Assembly (NCBI GenBank): GCA_963920595.1 | Contig: OY986946.1 | Span: forward strand, 3,038,001-3,102,000 | DNA from: Eimeria praecox | Lineage: Eukaryota | DNA: 64,000 nt | Direction of reading: 5' to 3' | Shown: in pieces, positions 62,740 through 64,000 of the stretch | How positions within the stretch are numbered: position 1 is the first letter of the stretch | How the letters are laid out: every line of letters starts with the position of its first letter | Notes under the pieces: generated by a model | What the model was told of the DNA's origin: nothing | What the model saw: the letters and a program-made list of their open reading frames with translations, nothing else | The model's database searches: none | Program-made: the position numbers and the translations under genes

Positions 62740-64000
62740 GACACGGACAATGTGATGCTGCTGCTGACCAATCTTGGGGTTTAGGGTTTAGGGTTTAGGG
62801 TTTGTTGTTGTTTATTTTTTGGGTTTTTCAGCTGAGGTGTCTCTGTACAACACGATGAGATGCACTCAAGTTTTGTTGACGAACTTGGGAGAAATAGAGA
62901 CACAAAGATTAATGCTATCTGTGCTTCAGATGGAGGTTAGGGAAAATATGATGGCTTTGCTGCTGCTGCTGCTGCTTGTGCTGCTGGTGCTGCTTGTGTT
63001 GCTGCTGCTGCTTGTGCTGCTGCTGCTGCTTGTGCTGCTGCTGGTGCTGGTTGTGCTGCTGCTGTTCTATTTACTGCTGCTGTTCTATTTACTGCTGCAG
63101 TTGCTGTTGCTGTTTCTGCGGTATTAGGAGATGGCTGAGGGTTTAATATATGGATAATGTGTATGGCTTTGGGGTGTACGTACACCCAGTGCATGCAGGC
63201 CCCTGTTCAAGGAGAACAGTGGAATTCAACAGCATTAAATCGTCTCTGCTACAGCATTGGCTCAATTAGCGGTGCTATGTCAGAGGCTGTAGAGAGGCCG
63301 TTTGTTGTTGAAGTCATACGAAGCCTCCTCAATCTTTGCGAATCCATGAGAGGAAAAGGCAATAAAGCTGTAGGGTTTAGGGTTTATAGGGGTTAGGGGT
63401 TAGGGGTTAGGGTTTAGGATGAGGAAGGGGGTTGAGGAGAAAGGGTTTAGGGTTTAGGGGTTAGGGTTTCTGGCTTGTCGTGTATTGATTGTATATCAAG
63501 AGATCGTTGTCAGAAACATAAATATACGTTTCTTTTCTTCTTTTTCTTCCTTATGTTTTTGAGTGTTAGATCATGGCTAGCAGCATAGAACCCGTGTTTT
63601 GTTTTTTTGTTTTTTGTTTGCTGTTGATTGCTTTTCGTGTATTACTAAATCGTGTCAATGTGTATAAAGTAGATGTTTTATTGTTTATTGTTTGTTGTTT
63701 ATTGTTTCTTTTTTGGTTTTTGTTTGACGTCTGCTGTGTATACTACCAGCATCATGTACGTTGTGGGTTAGTATCGTTTTCCCTGTTTCGTTTTTGTTTC
63801 TTCTCTGTTTTTTGTTTGGTTTTTCTTGTTTTTTTGATGTTGATTTTGTATTAGATCGTGGCTAGCAACATCATGTACGTGGTGGGTCAATATCATCTTG
63901 TCTATTGTTTATTATTTCTTCTTTTCTGTTTATTTTTTGTTGTTTTTTTCGTGTTTGATGTTGATTTTGTATCAGATCGTGGCTAGCAACATCATGTACG
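58112..64000 (+). CDS. XPO1: Exportin-1 (CRM1), 3'-partial
   Basis: Exons 58112-58231, 58410-58547, 58772-58915, 59808-60423, 61384-61577, 61748-61808, 62258-62422, 62832-62935, 63199-63369, and probably 63976 onward. Motifs TKFFALQILE..I.TRWNVLP, QIVKREWPERWPTF, LCENNMRLLNMLSEEVFDY, RMAKPQEV, LNRLCYSIGSISGAMSE, LLNLCESMRGKGNKA-IVASNIMY. Confidence 0.97.

Overview
Repeat-rich eukaryotic DNA with the hallmarks of a coccidian (Eimeria-type) genome: (CAG)n homopolymer-coding tracts, interstitial telomere-like (TTTAGGG)n arrays, TGCATGCA octamers, GGGGCCCC palindromes and AT microsatellites. The species cannot be determined from the sequence. Most ORFs in the supplied track are repeat artefacts, so genes were rebuilt by hand with phase-checked GT-AG splicing. 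In order: a 5'-truncated CAF-1 large subunit gene (28-9945, +); a possible small membrane-protein gene; a multi-exon hypothetical gene (11539-15389, +); an EF-hand/PH/kinase CDPK7-like gene (17068-27580, +); a decayed Ty3/Gypsy LTR retrotransposon (~28060-32110); a ~2585-aa low-complexity protein with an NLS (34004-41875, +); a TBCCD1-like gene (43482-49181, -); a 7-exon secreted YbhB/YbcL-type PEBP gene essentially invisible in the ORF track (49885-50971, -); an ankyrin-repeat gene (51203-52514, -); CWC24/RNF113 (53470-56916, -); and a 3'-truncated exportin-1 gene (58112 to end, +). The most interesting observations are the hidden secreted bacterial-type PEBP with a remodelled ligand pocket, telomere-like repeats that supply splice donors and bracket introns in inverted orientation, telomeric heptamers read in frame inside TBCCD1 exons, a 110-nt intronic hairpin, a dispersed TGT-N4-ACA palindrome, and decaying tandem copies of an XPO1 acceptor/exon. 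Family assignments come from recalled motifs; no database search was run.
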